Origin: Candidatus Bathyarchaeota archaeon
Lineage (GTDB): Archaea > Thermoproteota > Bathyarchaeia > Bathyarchaeales > Bathycorpusculaceae
Assembly: GCA_963815095.1 (NCBI GenBank)
Contig: CAWFFH010000003.1
Coordinates: 544,001-608,000 of the forward strand
Direction: 5' to 3'
DNA length: 64,000 nucleotides
Each line of letters opens with the position of its first letter. The first letter of the stretch is position 1. This document shows positions 18,504 to 28,094 of the stretch, one piece after another. The translations under genes were made by a program, and so were the position numbers. The notes under the pieces are model-generated. The model saw only the letters and a list, made by a program, of their open reading frames with translations. It was not told the origin of the DNA and ran no database searches.

Positions 18504-19039
18504 TGATAATGGAAACACAAACATCTCTTTCTGAACGTATAGAATGGAATAAAGAGCAAAAAAGGTACATGTTGAGACGCAAAACTTCTATCTGGAATTA
18601 TGACCCAATTGAACAACGCAAATTAGGAAATAACCCTTTAAGCAGAAAAACCACATGGCATGAATTAAATGTTTTACCTCAAGGCAGAAGACCTGAAAAG
18701 AAAGTTCTTATCCCAATAATTATTAAAAAACTTGCAACCGACAGAGAAACTTTAGAGACTTTAACAGCGTACTTTAGTCAAACACTTGAGGTCAGTATAC
18801 TTAGCGACTCAAAATATGCGAATTTATACCTTGTCGAAAATATGGGTAAAGCCTATCTAAACTGTATTTCATCTGGGCAATGTTGCCCTATTGCTCTTAG
18901 TGGAGCTAACCAAACTGGTACAGAAAAGAAATTCGCTGGAAAAGAAGTTCGCTTAACAGATGAGCAAGCATTAAAAATGATTGATGAGGGTTCACCAGTC
19001 TATGAAAAAGTAGGCTCGGAATACAGGATTCTAATTTAA
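18503..19039 (+). CDS. Hypothetical protein
   Basis: TAATG overlap with the upstream ORF and GGGGTGA SD. Confidence 0.6.
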   Translation: MIMETQTSLSERIEWNKEQKRYMLRRKTSIWNYDPIEQRKLGNNPLSRKTTWHELNVLPQGRRPEKKVLIPIIIKKLATDRETLETLTAYFSQTLEVSILSDSKYANLYLVENMGKAYLNCISSGQCCPIALSGANQTGTEKKFAGKEVRLTDEQALKMIDEGSPVYEKVGSEYRILI

Positions 19040-19706
19040 GCTTACTTTGGGGTTTCGTAAGAGGATTTGATGTTATGGCTATGAAGATGTTAGTAATCAT
19101 CGCTGAAGTTCTTATCAACCATCTGAGCCAAAAACGTCAATTTCAATAGAAGCTATTTTGCCTTAATTCTATATTCCAAGAGAGGGCATTCACCTATTCT
19201 TCGAAACCCTTATTCCTTGACTGTGGGGGAGTATTAAGCTCAATTTAGGGTTGCTTGGCATGTATATATAAGTCGAAGTTTAGCGAAGTAATAAGTTGCA
19301 GATTTTAGAGTTTTTGCGGGATAAATCAACATTAAGCCCTTAGGTTTAAGGAGTTAACTCATAGAAAATAAAAAATTGAGTCTCTTATCAGTGCCATTAA
19401 AAAACGTGAGTGCCCCACTCTTAGAGCATAGTTTAAACAATTTGTGTTTTTTGATTAGTTTAGTAGGGGTATGTTTTCGCTTTAGTTTCGAAGTTTTGTA
19501 ACCTGTAGGCACTAACCACACATCTTAAGCATGGAGATTAACCATAAGTTTCTTGTTTAGTCATGTTCTTTATGGTTGACTACTTCGATATTTCGAATAT
19601 AGGGGAAATAAAAGAAGAAGTTTAGAAAAAATTAGAGAAAACTTGGGATAAATAGAGAAATTAGAGTAATAAAGAAAGGATACTTTGTGCCTTTTTGTTT
19701 TAGTGT

Positions 19707-19934
19707 TTATGTTGTCGGGTTAAGTTGTTTGTTTCCTTGCTTTTGTTCATGTTGTTTTATTAACATCGGTAACAAGAAAGCGAAAACAACTACCACAACA
19801 GCAATGCTTAACCCAGAAACAGTGTAGCTAATGGCGTTAAAGATTGACAAAATTACTATAATTACTAACAAAACCGACCCGATGATTGCCAACATTTTTC
19901 TTAATTTTGTAGGAAATATTTTCCCATTATACAT
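19707..19934 (-). CDS. Small two-TM membrane protein
   Basis: Two hydrophobic stretches. Confidence 0.55.
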   Translation of the reverse strand: MYNGKIFPTKLRKMLAIIGSVLLVIIVILSIFNAISYTVSGLSIAVVVVVFAFLLPMLIKQHEQKQGNKQLNPTT

Positions 19935-20011
19935 GATTACAATTATTGTTTTGACCTTGCTTAAAAGATTATAGAACCTGTGTCATTAAGAAAAAAGAGT
20001 TTTGAAGCTAC

Positions 20012-21349
20012 TTATCTGTCATAGCCATCACGTGTATACTCTTCATCGGCTCTTACTTGTTTTTTCTTCTTATCAGTTATCTTAAAGGATTTAGTGCTAA
20101 ACTGCGTTTTTTGTGGTTCATGCGTATAAGATGGGTCTATTTTCTTGAATTGTTGCTCTCTTTCATCAAGAATTTCTTTAGATTCAGCTTTTTCGTTAGA
20201 AGGTTGCAGAACGCTATAATTCATGCCTTTTTCATGGTTTAATAGTTGAGTAACCAAGCCTTTTAACTCTTCAATCTGCGACTGTTGGCTTATAAATTTG
20301 GTTTCTGTCTCTTTTAATTCACTTTCAAGAACACTATTGCTTTTTGGAATCAGATAGGGCAATGCAGTTTCATATTTTCCAATCAATTCTTGGCAGTCAT
20401 GTGAACTATAATTCTGTGCTATTCCAGCTATTTTATGAGCCATTAACGGAGAAATCAAGTTTTCTTGTATTCCTGCACTCTCTAAGGCACTTTGATAAAA
20501 TTCTCTTAAGTCGTGAATGCTAAAGCGTTTCTTTTCTAAATCTCCAAAAGCTGAAAGGCTAACATGATTAAACAATTCATTTATTCCTTTTATTGTAAGT
20601 GGCTTTTGTGGTTTCTCTTTGCCTTTTTGGTAATAGGCAACAAACAAAGGCGAATCATCTTTCAACTCATAGCCTTTTTGTTTTGCCTCTGCTCTGTATT
20701 GCTCAAGTTTCTCACTTGCGAATTTATGAACAAAACAAATTTGTTTGTTTCCTTTATAGCGTCCTTTTCCACTGCCTTTCAATCTTGCACTTTCAATTTC
20801 CAAAGAGTATGGCACGTTTGGGTTTTCTGTTTGCTTAAGGTCACACCATTTTAATAAAACCAGAGTGCCGACCCTCACGCTTGTACTTGCAGTAAACCAG
20901 AGCATAGCCTTGTCTCTTGCTGTTCTCATAACACCTTCTAAGGCAGTCAAATCGTCTAAACTTGGTTTGCGTTTTTTGGATTCTGGTGTTTCATTTTTTA
21001 TGTTGCTTGCAGTGGATGGCTCAAGGCTTCTTTTGTTGTGCTTATAGAATGAGAACACAGTGCTTCTCATCATTAAACGAGCAGTGGGTTTCATGCCTTT
21101 ATTTTCTCTGAAAAAGGTCTCAAGTAAATCTTCTGCGATAAACTCTTTTTCTGTTCCGACATTCTGCAAGCCTTGAACTTTGAGAGCAATTAGCTGGTCT
21201 GGTGTTTGTTTTGTATAATCACAATAGCGTTTGAAGTAATCAGTGAAGATTTTTTGAGTGTTTGCTGAACCTATTTTTTCAAGCCATTTCTGCCCACTTG
21301 AAAAACTATTTAGCCATTTAGCCCTCTGCAATTCCTTGTCACTGCTCAA
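20012..21349 (-). CDS. Tyrosine recombinase/integrase
   Basis: RDKAML...SVRVG (R), LKGSG (K), HDLR, MAH, NYS (Y); GAGGTGA SD before TTG. Confidence 0.92.
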   Translation of the reverse strand: MSSDKELQRAKWLNSFSSGQKWLEKIGSANTQKIFTDYFKRYCDYTKQTPDQLIALKVQGLQNVGTEKEFIAEDLLETFFRENKGMKPTARLMMRSTVFSFYKHNKRSLEPSTASNIKNETPESKKRKPSLDDLTALEGVMRTARDKAMLWFTASTSVRVGTLVLLKWCDLKQTENPNVPYSLEIESARLKGSGKGRYKGNKQICFVHKFASEKLEQYRAEAKQKGYELKDDSPLFVAYYQKGKEKPQKPLTIKGINELFNHVSLSAFGDLEKKRFSIHDLREFYQSALESAGIQENLISPLMAHKIAGIAQNYSSHDCQELIGKYETALPYLIPKSNSVLESELKETETKFISQQSQIEELKGLVTQLLNHEKGMNYSVLQPSNEKAESKEILDEREQQFKKIDPSYTHEPQKTQFSTKSFKITDKKKKQVRADEEYTRDGYDR

Positions 21350-21388
21350 TTAACTCACCTCTTGCAGAGTTTAAGTTTTTGCTGTTGG

Positions 21389-21410
21389 AAGTGGCTAAAC
21401 AGTTAATCCC
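21389..21410 (-). repeat. Right internal inverted arm (minus strand GGGATTAACTGTTTAGCCACTT)
   Basis: Imperfect inverted match to 12126-12154. Confidence 0.55.
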
Positions 21411-21425
21411 TTTCCCAGAAGGGAC

Positions 21426-21440
21426 AAACTTAAATTAAGC
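21426..21440 (+). repeat. Putative attR core AAACTTAAATTAAGC, also the BRE/TATA-like box upstream of rps17e
   Basis: 13/15 identical to 12100-12114. Confidence 0.55.
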
Positions 21441-21517
21441 CTCTCATCTATTGAGAGGTGCTCCTACGCTTTTAAACGTCGGAGAAAAGTAAATCGTTAA
21501 ATTCGGAGGAATACTAA

Positions 21518-21757
21518 CTGGGAAAAGTAAAGACTGATCAGATCAAAAAGCTGGGCAAAGAACTAATGGCTCGCTTTCCAACCAAATTCAACACCAACTT
21601 TGACGAGAACAAAGGTGCAGTTGACGAGTTAACCAAAGGTGCAACAACACGCGTAAGAAACCAAACTGCAGGCTACATAACACGCACTCTTGCATTAGCT
21701 CAAGCTAACTCAGAAAATGAATCTGACCTCGAAGAACAAGAAGAAATGGCAGAATAA
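21518..21757 (+). CDS. rps17e: 30S ribosomal protein S17e (CTG start)
   Basis: (M)GKVKTDQIKK...FNTNFDENK...VRNQTAGYIT; GGAGGA upstream of the CTG. Confidence 0.9.
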   Translation: MGKVKTDQIKKLGKELMARFPTKFNTNFDENKGAVDELTKGATTRVRNQTAGYITRTLALAQANSENESDLEEQEEMAE

Positions 21758-21774
21758 TTCTGGAACCAAACACT

Positions 21775-22155
21775 ATGATGGATGACTACAGGAAAGGTTG
21801 GGCACTACGGTACCTTCGTGAAGCCAAAGCTGAATTAGAAGCAGCACGAAAAATCCCGTACATGGCGCCAAGCCTTGTTGTTGAAGCCATCCGAAAGGCT
21901 CGAAACGCTATATACTACAGTCTTGGTGAACCTGCCTTCATAGAAATACTCATACGTGAAGAAGTAACCAAAAACCCTGTCACCAACGATTCTGTTCTGC
22001 GTTTTCTAATTGAAATCGAAACCATCGTTCAACAAATTTCACAGTTAGAAGAAGTTAACGGTGACGCCATGATGAAACAGGCCGATTCTATCGTTAACAT
22101 CGCAACCGACATCGTTGAAACCTTGACGCAAGAAAAACTTGAAAGTTTTAGTTAA
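21775..22155 (+). CDS. Helical hypothetical protein, HEPN-fold-like
   Basis: WALRYLREAKAELEAA first-helix pattern; no RxxxxH. Confidence 0.55.
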   Translation: MMDDYRKGWALRYLREAKAELEAARKIPYMAPSLVVEAIRKARNAIYYSLGEPAFIEILIREEVTKNPVTNDSVLRFLIEIETIVQQISQLEEVNGDAMMKQADSIVNIATDIVETLTQEKLESFS

Positions 22156-22203
22156 AATTTTTAACAACCCCTGCTTATTTTATTTGATGTGAGTGGAGCT
22201 TAG

Positions 22204-22488
22204 GTGCCTTTAACTGTAAAATTCATCGGTGCACTGCGTCATCTTTCGGGAAAAACACAATTCACCGTTACCTTCCAAGAGGGGATCTCCATAAAACAAT
22301 TAGTCACCAACATTAGCAAAGAAATGCCCACGTTAAAACATACGTTCAGCGATCAAGAACTAAACGATTCAAGATCAAACTCGCTCATACTTGTCAATGG
22401 CCGAGAAATAAGTGTACTAAACGGTTATGAAACCAAATTAAACGACGGCGACGAAATCGTTTTTGTTCCCGTCGTTCACGGCGGCTAA
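22204..22488 (+). CDS. MoaD/ThiS/SAMP ubiquitin-like protein
   Basis: ILVNG...L.DGDEI.F.P.VHGG, C-terminal GG. Confidence 0.9.
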   Translation: MPLTVKFIGALRHLSGKTQFTVTFQEGISIKQLVTNISKEMPTLKHTFSDQELNDSRSNSLILVNGREISVLNGYETKLNDGDEIVFVPVVHGG

Positions 22489-22494
22489 CCCAAA

Positions 22495-23268
22495 ATGATT
22501 ACGTTAACCAGTGACTTCGGGTTAAAAGACCCATACGTGGGAGAGATGAAAGGCGTCATCTTAACCATAAACCCCAACGCCAAAATAATTGACATAACCC
22601 ATGAAGTTGAAAAATTCAGCGTTCGCATGGGCGCTTTTATGTTGGCTTCAGCCGCACCATATTTTCCTAAAGGCACTATCCATTTGGCAGTTGTGGACCC
22701 AGGTGTTGGAACTGAAAGACGCGCCATTTTGGTTCAGACTAAGCAGAGTTTTCTTATTGGACCAGACAACGGAGTTTTGATTTTAGCAGCTCAAAACCAA
22801 GACATCGAACACATCTTCCAAATTACAAACCTTAAGTTTACGTTAACCCCAGTTTCAAGCACCTTTCATGGAAGAGATGTTTTTGCGCCCGCAGCTGCAC
22901 ACTTGGACATTGGTGTGAACATTTCAGCGTTTGGTCCAGAAATCTCTGACGCGGTCAAGCCCGAATACACAATCTTACAACACAGAAACGGTTCTTTAAT
23001 AGGCGAAGTATTGCATGTTGATAGCTTCGGCAACATAATCACAAACATACCTCAGAAAGAAATAGCCCAAGCCAAAAAAATCAAGGCAAAACTCCAAAAC
23101 CTTTCGTTAAACCTAAATTTCGGCAAAACTTACAATCAAGCTAACCCCAAGGAGGCTATAGCTCTGATAGGCAGCCTTGGCTTTTTGGAAATCGCATTAA
23201 ACCAAGCAAGTGCAGCTGAGAGGTTCAATGTCAAAACCGGAGATAAAATCGAGGTTAAGCCTGCATAA
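22495..23268 (+). CDS. SAM hydrolase (DUF62, fluorinase/chlorinase family)
   Basis: TSDFG, VVDPGVG, PDNG, STFHGRDVFAP, DSFGN. Confidence 0.92.
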   Translation: MITLTSDFGLKDPYVGEMKGVILTINPNAKIIDITHEVEKFSVRMGAFMLASAAPYFPKGTIHLAVVDPGVGTERRAILVQTKQSFLIGPDNGVLILAAQNQDIEHIFQITNLKFTLTPVSSTFHGRDVFAPAAAHLDIGVNISAFGPEISDAVKPEYTILQHRNGSLIGEVLHVDSFGNIITNIPQKEIAQAKKIKAKLQNLSLNLNFGKTYNQANPKEAIALIGSLGFLEIALNQASAAERFNVKTGDKIEVKPA

Positions 23269-23277
23269 TTCAGTAGC

Positions 23278-24258
23278 TTAATTTTTTATTTTTTCCACAA
23301 CTTTCTCGATGACATCAATGGGGTTCTCTAAATGTGCAAGTTTGTCTTTTACGTCAAATATTTTGCCAAGATACTTCTCGGCATAACTAAGAATTCCCTG
23401 CTCAGTCGTTATGAACAATGGAAAACCTCTCTTCGCTAAATACCTGTTCACGTAGGTTTTTGCCATATCAGAGATCGCTATGCTAGGGACACCTTGGAGA
23501 GCAGCTTCACGAGCAATCGTGCCTCCATAACTAACCACTAAATCAGCGTTCGCAACCAAACTTGCTGAATCTTCAAATCCAGCTTTAACGCCGAAAGCTT
23601 CACCTTCGCCATTGTATCTTTCGATTAAATGTACATTTCCCAGTTCAGAAAGTTTCTTAGAGAGGGATTTTGCGTTATCTTGTTTTCCTTTAGCATAAGC
23701 GGCTTTAGATTCGATTTGCCTGACAACAATTAACGGTTTTTCTAAATTAGCAATTTTTGAGGGCTTAAAATCTTTGATCCATGCAACCTCATCTACTCCT
23801 TTAAAGGAGACAACATTTTTTGCACAATAAGCTCTTGTGAAACTCTTAGGCAAAGCCTCGGAAACCACAACAGTGTGTGCGAAGGGTATTGTTAGTCTGT
23901 TAGTGGCTAAAGCATGAGGTGTGTCAGCAGTCAAAATGATTGGGATTCCTAAGCCGAAAGCAGTTCGGCAGAGCTCAACTGACTGGTGAGCGATGGCGAT
24001 GTCTGGTCGGTTTTCTTTGAAAAGTTTTGAGAATTCTATTATGCGTTCAGCACTCTCTTCCAGCCTTGAGGTAAGCGTAGAGGGGTTGTATTCGCCCACG
24101 ACAAGAGGTTTTTCACCAAGGATTTTGGCAAGCGGTATTGTGTCAGGGTGTTGTCTTGTCGTAAAAATAAACTCGTATCCAGATTTTCTCAGCCGCTTTC
24201 CAATAGCGGCACCATACCGTGTGTGTTTACCGGTGCAGGCGTCATACCAAATTTTCAT
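23278..24258 (-). CDS. DUF354 family GT-B fold protein
   Basis: MKIWYD...KH, GGTIAREAALQGVP. Confidence 0.8.
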   Translation of the reverse strand: MKIWYDACTGKHTRYGAAIGKRLRKSGYEFIFTTRQHPDTIPLAKILGEKPLVVGEYNPSTLTSRLEESAERIIEFSKLFKENRPDIAIAHQSVELCRTAFGLGIPIILTADTPHALATNRLTIPFAHTVVVSEALPKSFTRAYCAKNVVSFKGVDEVAWIKDFKPSKIANLEKPLIVVRQIESKAAYAKGKQDNAKSLSKKLSELGNVHLIERYNGEGEAFGVKAGFEDSASLVANADLVVSYGGTIAREAALQGVPSIAISDMAKTYVNRYLAKRGFPLFITTEQGILSYAEKYLGKIFDVKDKLAHLENPIDVIEKVVEKIKN

Positions 24259-24767
24259 TTTAGCACCTTTCGCTGTGCTTTAATGAATACATCACGTTTA
24301 GACTCATATGCCTCCAAAGTCATTACTTTTTTAGCAGGTGTTCCAGCAACGACAGTTTTAGGCGGAACATCTTTAGATACAACGCTTCCTCCGCCAACCA
24401 CCGCTTTTTCGCCTACCGTAACATTTGGCAGTATTGTGACTCCTCCACCGATTGCAGCGCCATCTTTTATTATTGGAGGGTTCAAGAAGCTACTTTTTGG
24501 GTATTTGTCGTTTAGAAGGCTGCTGTTGGGTGCTATGAACACGTTGTCGCCGAGTATGCAGCCGTTGGATATGGTTACGTGTGCTTGTACGTTGCAATTT
24601 TTGCCTAAGGTTACGTTTTTGCCTATGTCAACGAAACTGCCGATAAGAGTTCCGTCGCCAATTTTTGTGCCGTCACCAATGACGACATAGTTCCAGATGG
24701 AGACGTCTTTGCCTATTTGCACATTAGTTCCTGTGACAATGCCAGTGCCTTTCTTTGGATTCTGCAT
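24255..24767 (-). CDS. Hexapeptide-repeat sugar N-acetyltransferase
   Basis: Left-handed beta-helix repeats, NDKYP, VSKDVP...GTPAK. Confidence 0.88.
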   Translation of the reverse strand: MQNPKKGTGIVTGTNVQIGKDVSIWNYVVIGDGTKIGDGTLIGSFVDIGKNVTLGKNCNVQAHVTISNGCILGDNVFIAPNSSLLNDKYPKSSFLNPPIIKDGAAIGGGVTILPNVTVGEKAVVGGGSVVSKDVPPKTVVAGTPAKKVMTLEAYESKRDVFIKAQRKVLK

Positions 24768-24838
24768 GCTTGTCCTTTCGAGCTTCAACTTTAAATAGTT
24801 TAAGATTAAATGACTTTCCAATGAATGGTGGCTTACGT

Positions 24839-25732
24839 TTGGCTAAAGAAACCGTTTTAATTGTTGGTTTAGGAGAGATAGGCCATACTCTTTTCGCGTT
24901 GTATACTGAGGCTAAAGAAAAGTTCGCGGTTTATGGTTTAGATTTAGACGTGAAAAAAATGAAGGCACTTGGTCAAACCAAAGACAAAGTTCCAGCAAAC
25001 GTTGACACCTTGCAGATTTGCCTTCCTTGTGGCAGTCCAGAAAAATTCTCAGACATTATCCAAGGTTACGTTGAACAATACAAGCCTAAACTAACAATCA
25101 TCAACAGCACGGTTCCACCGGGAACAACACTAAAAGTTTCAGTTGCCTGCAAGTGCCTTGTCGCTCATTCTCCTGCTCGCGGCGTTCACATAAATGCTGA
25201 GCACATGATTTGGGAGCTGAAGCGTTGGACTAAATATGTTGGCGGAGCAAACGTGGCTGCGGGTAAAGCAGCTAAAATTCATTTTGAAAAATTGGGTCTA
25301 AAAGTTAAGGTTCTCAGAAGCTGCCGCGAAACCGAATTGGCAAAACTCTTCGAAACCACCTATCGCGCTTGGATGATTGCATCCTTCCAAGAAATGCACC
25401 GCATCTCAAGGGCTTTTGACGCTGAATTCGACGAAGCAGTTGACTTCCTTGAAGACACCCATAAAGAACGCTTTGACCGCCCTGTTATGTTTCCGGGAGT
25501 TATCGGTGGACATTGCCTTATCCCCAATACGGAACTGCTGCTCAAAAGCTATGACTCAGAGTTTCTTAGGCTGATCTTGAAGTCTAACGAGAAGCGTAAA
25601 GAAGAAATCAAGGACGCAACGGTTAAGGCTGAAGCGGACAAGGTTGCGGTGAGGGCAATTGCATTGGAAAAGAAGCTTGCTGGACCAAAAAACGTGGTTT
25701 TAGACGAGAAAAACCCGTCAGGATGCACGTAA
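24839..25732 (+). CDS. Short UDP-sugar/GDP-mannose dehydrogenase family protein
   Basis: GLGEIG, NSTVPPGTT, ELAKLFETTYR, IGGHCL. Confidence 0.85.
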   Translation: MAKETVLIVGLGEIGHTLFALYTEAKEKFAVYGLDLDVKKMKALGQTKDKVPANVDTLQICLPCGSPEKFSDIIQGYVEQYKPKLTIINSTVPPGTTLKVSVACKCLVAHSPARGVHINAEHMIWELKRWTKYVGGANVAAGKAAKIHFEKLGLKVKVLRSCRETELAKLFETTYRAWMIASFQEMHRISRAFDAEFDEAVDFLEDTHKERFDRPVMFPGVIGGHCLIPNTELLLKSYDSEFLRLILKSNEKRKEEIKDATVKAEADKVAVRAIALEKKLAGPKNVVLDEKNPSGCT

Positions 25733-25749
25733 CAGAAAAAATTTTACGT

Positions 25750-26496
25750 TTACATTTTTTCGATAATCAGTTCTTTTGCAAAGCCAGCAATAAACTCAAC
25801 ATTCAACTTCGTCAAGTACCAGAATGTTGCTGCGCTCAAGTTACTCAGGGCTGCGAATGGTGTAAATATGAACCGTGCAGCCATTCTTCGCACAAGCTTG
25901 TAGAGTCCAAAGTGCCCATAGCGCCTGTAAGATACGCCGATCGTGACATAGTTTTTTGAAGTACCCAAATGTGTTGCACCGAGAAATGGCAGAACTTTCC
26001 AAATATAACCTGTTTTCTGGACGTAACGTTTGAAGTATTGGTCTTCTCCAAAGAACAGTTTTGGAGGGTTATAGTTTTCCATAAGTTTACGGCGTATGAT
26101 AATGTTGTTGATGTGTGGGTTAGTATCTAATTTGCTCAGGTTATATACTGTACCAACAACTCGCTCGTATGCGGCCACATGCTTGTTTTTGTGAACCGCC
26201 ACCGTACCAATAGCGCCAACATTAGGAGTTATTGCTTTGGTGACGAGTTGGAGCCAATTGTCAGGCAGAAGCATATCGTCATCAACCATCGCCACCCACT
26301 CGGTACCCGCCTGCAGAACCCCTTTTTTGCGTGCAATACTGAGCGGTTTTTCATGTGTGTTGATGATTTGCCCCGCACATGACATATGCTTAAGTTGCTG
26401 CATCAGTGTTGGGTTAGCTTCATCTCTTGAGGGAACAACAAAATCGACTTTCATGTCACTTTGGGAGCAGAATGGCATAGGGCATAATGTTCTCAA
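25750..26496 (-). CDS. GT2/GT-A glycosyltransferase
   Basis: VVPS, ARKKG, VDDD, GED motifs. Confidence 0.8.
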   Translation of the reverse strand: MRTLCPMPFCSQSDMKVDFVVPSRDEANPTLMQQLKHMSCAGQIINTHEKPLSIARKKGVLQAGTEWVAMVDDDMLLPDNWLQLVTKAITPNVGAIGTVAVHKNKHVAAYERVVGTVYNLSKLDTNPHINNIIIRRKLMENYNPPKLFFGEDQYFKRYVQKTGYIWKVLPFLGATHLGTSKNYVTIGVSYRRYGHFGLYKLVRRMAARFIFTPFAALSNLSAATFWYLTKLNVEFIAGFAKELIIEKM

Positions 26497-26550
26497 TTAA
26501 GTTAAATAATTTATCGCAATCAATAAACGCGAGCTGAGCAAAGAAAAAGT

Positions 26551-27942
26551 TTACATATTCAAGATTTTAACTGCTTTTTGCGCAGCACGCTTGTAGCTTT
26601 TCTTGGTTATCATACCTTTCTGGATGCCATTGAGTAATTGTAGAATCATGCCCTGTTTAACATGTTCCACTATTTGTTGTTCAGCGATTCCGGGAAGGCG
26701 CATGCAATTGCCGATTTTAACGTTGTAGCTGGCTATGTCGAACTTTTTAGCTATGTTGTATAGTTTTGAGCCTATGATTGGGTTAGTGATGGACCAGGAA
26801 ATGTATTCAATGAGGTTGTCTCTTAGGCATGTTTTCGCAAACTCTAAAGTATTGTTAACCTCTTCAGGGGTTTCGTATTCGAGTTTGCCGTTTGTTTCCC
26901 AAGCGTTATAGAGCATCAAGAACCCGTAAACCTTAATGTGGTGCTTCTTGAGCAATTCGAGTGTTCGTATGTTGTCTGCTTGCGTCGCGTTCTTGCCAAT
27001 GCCTTTTAGGACCCTATCGTTAGCGGATTCGAGACCGATGTGGACAAGCCAAACATGGATGTCACGAAGTCTTTGTGCTAATTCATCATTGAGTTTATCG
27101 GCTCGCAGGTTACATTGGAAAGTCATGCCCTTAAGTTTCAGTTTTTCTATTTCATTGCAAACTTCCAGGCACCATTTTATATCAACGTTAAAAGTGTCAG
27201 AGCGAAGGTAGATTTCGCGTATGCCTCTGCCATAAAGGTAGTTGATTTCTTCGGCGATGCTTTTTGGTGAACGCTGCCTTATCCAGGGTTTTTCAAGTTT
27301 CCAAACTGGGTTAGAGCAGTAAGTGCAGTAGTTGGGGCATCCACGAATTGGGAGAAGGTATGCCATGCGTTTCTTTCTGCTTACGGCTATATCGTAGTTT
27401 CCGAAGTCTATTAGGTCCCATTCTGGGAAGAAATCGATGTCTTTTAGGAGCGGTCTTATGCCATTATTTTTCTGATTGTTAACTGTCCCGACAACATCTG
27501 TTATGAATTCTTTGGCTTGGACTTTTCTGATTAATTCGGTAGTGGTTTCTTCACCCTCTCCCACAATGCAAACGTCGATTGGCGTATTTTTGAGGACGTC
27601 TTGGGGGTCGATGGTTGGGTGGGCGCCGCCTGCAACCATAAGCATTTTTAATCCTAGGGCTTTGACTTTGGCTATTGTTTCAAAGGACAACTCTCTTCGG
27701 GGTGTTGTGAAGGATATAGCGTAAATGTCAGGTTTGATTTCCTTGACTTTTTCGAGGTGTTCCTCCATGGAAAGGAAGGGCTCAAGATAAGTGAATTCCA
27801 CGTTGGGCAGGCGTGGTTTGGCGTAGCCGATGATATAGAGGATTCCAAGGTTTGGTGACTCGGTGACGGCTTCTCCTTTTGATTCATGCCCAAATGGTGG
27901 GTCAGCAAAAACCACTTTAAGATTCTTTTCTGTGGGAGCCAT
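26551..27942 (-). CDS. Cobalamin-binding radical SAM protein
   Basis: PNLG, GGAHPT, GEGE, RGCPNYCTYC, GLES. Confidence 0.9.
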   Translation of the reverse strand: MAPTEKNLKVVFADPPFGHESKGEAVTESPNLGILYIIGYAKPRLPNVEFTYLEPFLSMEEHLEKVKEIKPDIYAISFTTPRRELSFETIAKVKALGLKMLMVAGGAHPTIDPQDVLKNTPIDVCIVGEGEETTTELIRKVQAKEFITDVVGTVNNQKNNGIRPLLKDIDFFPEWDLIDFGNYDIAVSRKKRMAYLLPIRGCPNYCTYCSNPVWKLEKPWIRQRSPKSIAEEINYLYGRGIREIYLRSDTFNVDIKWCLEVCNEIEKLKLKGMTFQCNLRADKLNDELAQRLRDIHVWLVHIGLESANDRVLKGIGKNATQADNIRTLELLKKHHIKVYGFLMLYNAWETNGKLEYETPEEVNNTLEFAKTCLRDNLIEYISWSITNPIIGSKLYNIAKKFDIASYNVKIGNCMRLPGIAEQQIVEHVKQGMILQLLNGIQKGMITKKSYKRAAQKAVKILNM

Positions 27943-28094
27943 ATTTTGTTTTGTCACCGAAATGCCATCCACTACTGACTTTCCATGCAAGCGTATATAT
28001 TTTGCTACTTTAGCTTTCTTTATGCGGCTACAGGTAAACTTCATAAACTGCAACAGTGAAAATGTAACGCACACTAAATTGAGGCATAATTGAG

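Larger units (their letters stand above)
12100..21440. mobile_element. Integrated ~9.3 kb tyrosine-integrase element (IME or defective provirus-like) between tatD and rps17e
   Basis: Visibly AT-richer block of orphan genes, terminal integrase, flanking imperfect direct repeat and internal inverted repeats. Confidence 0.85.
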
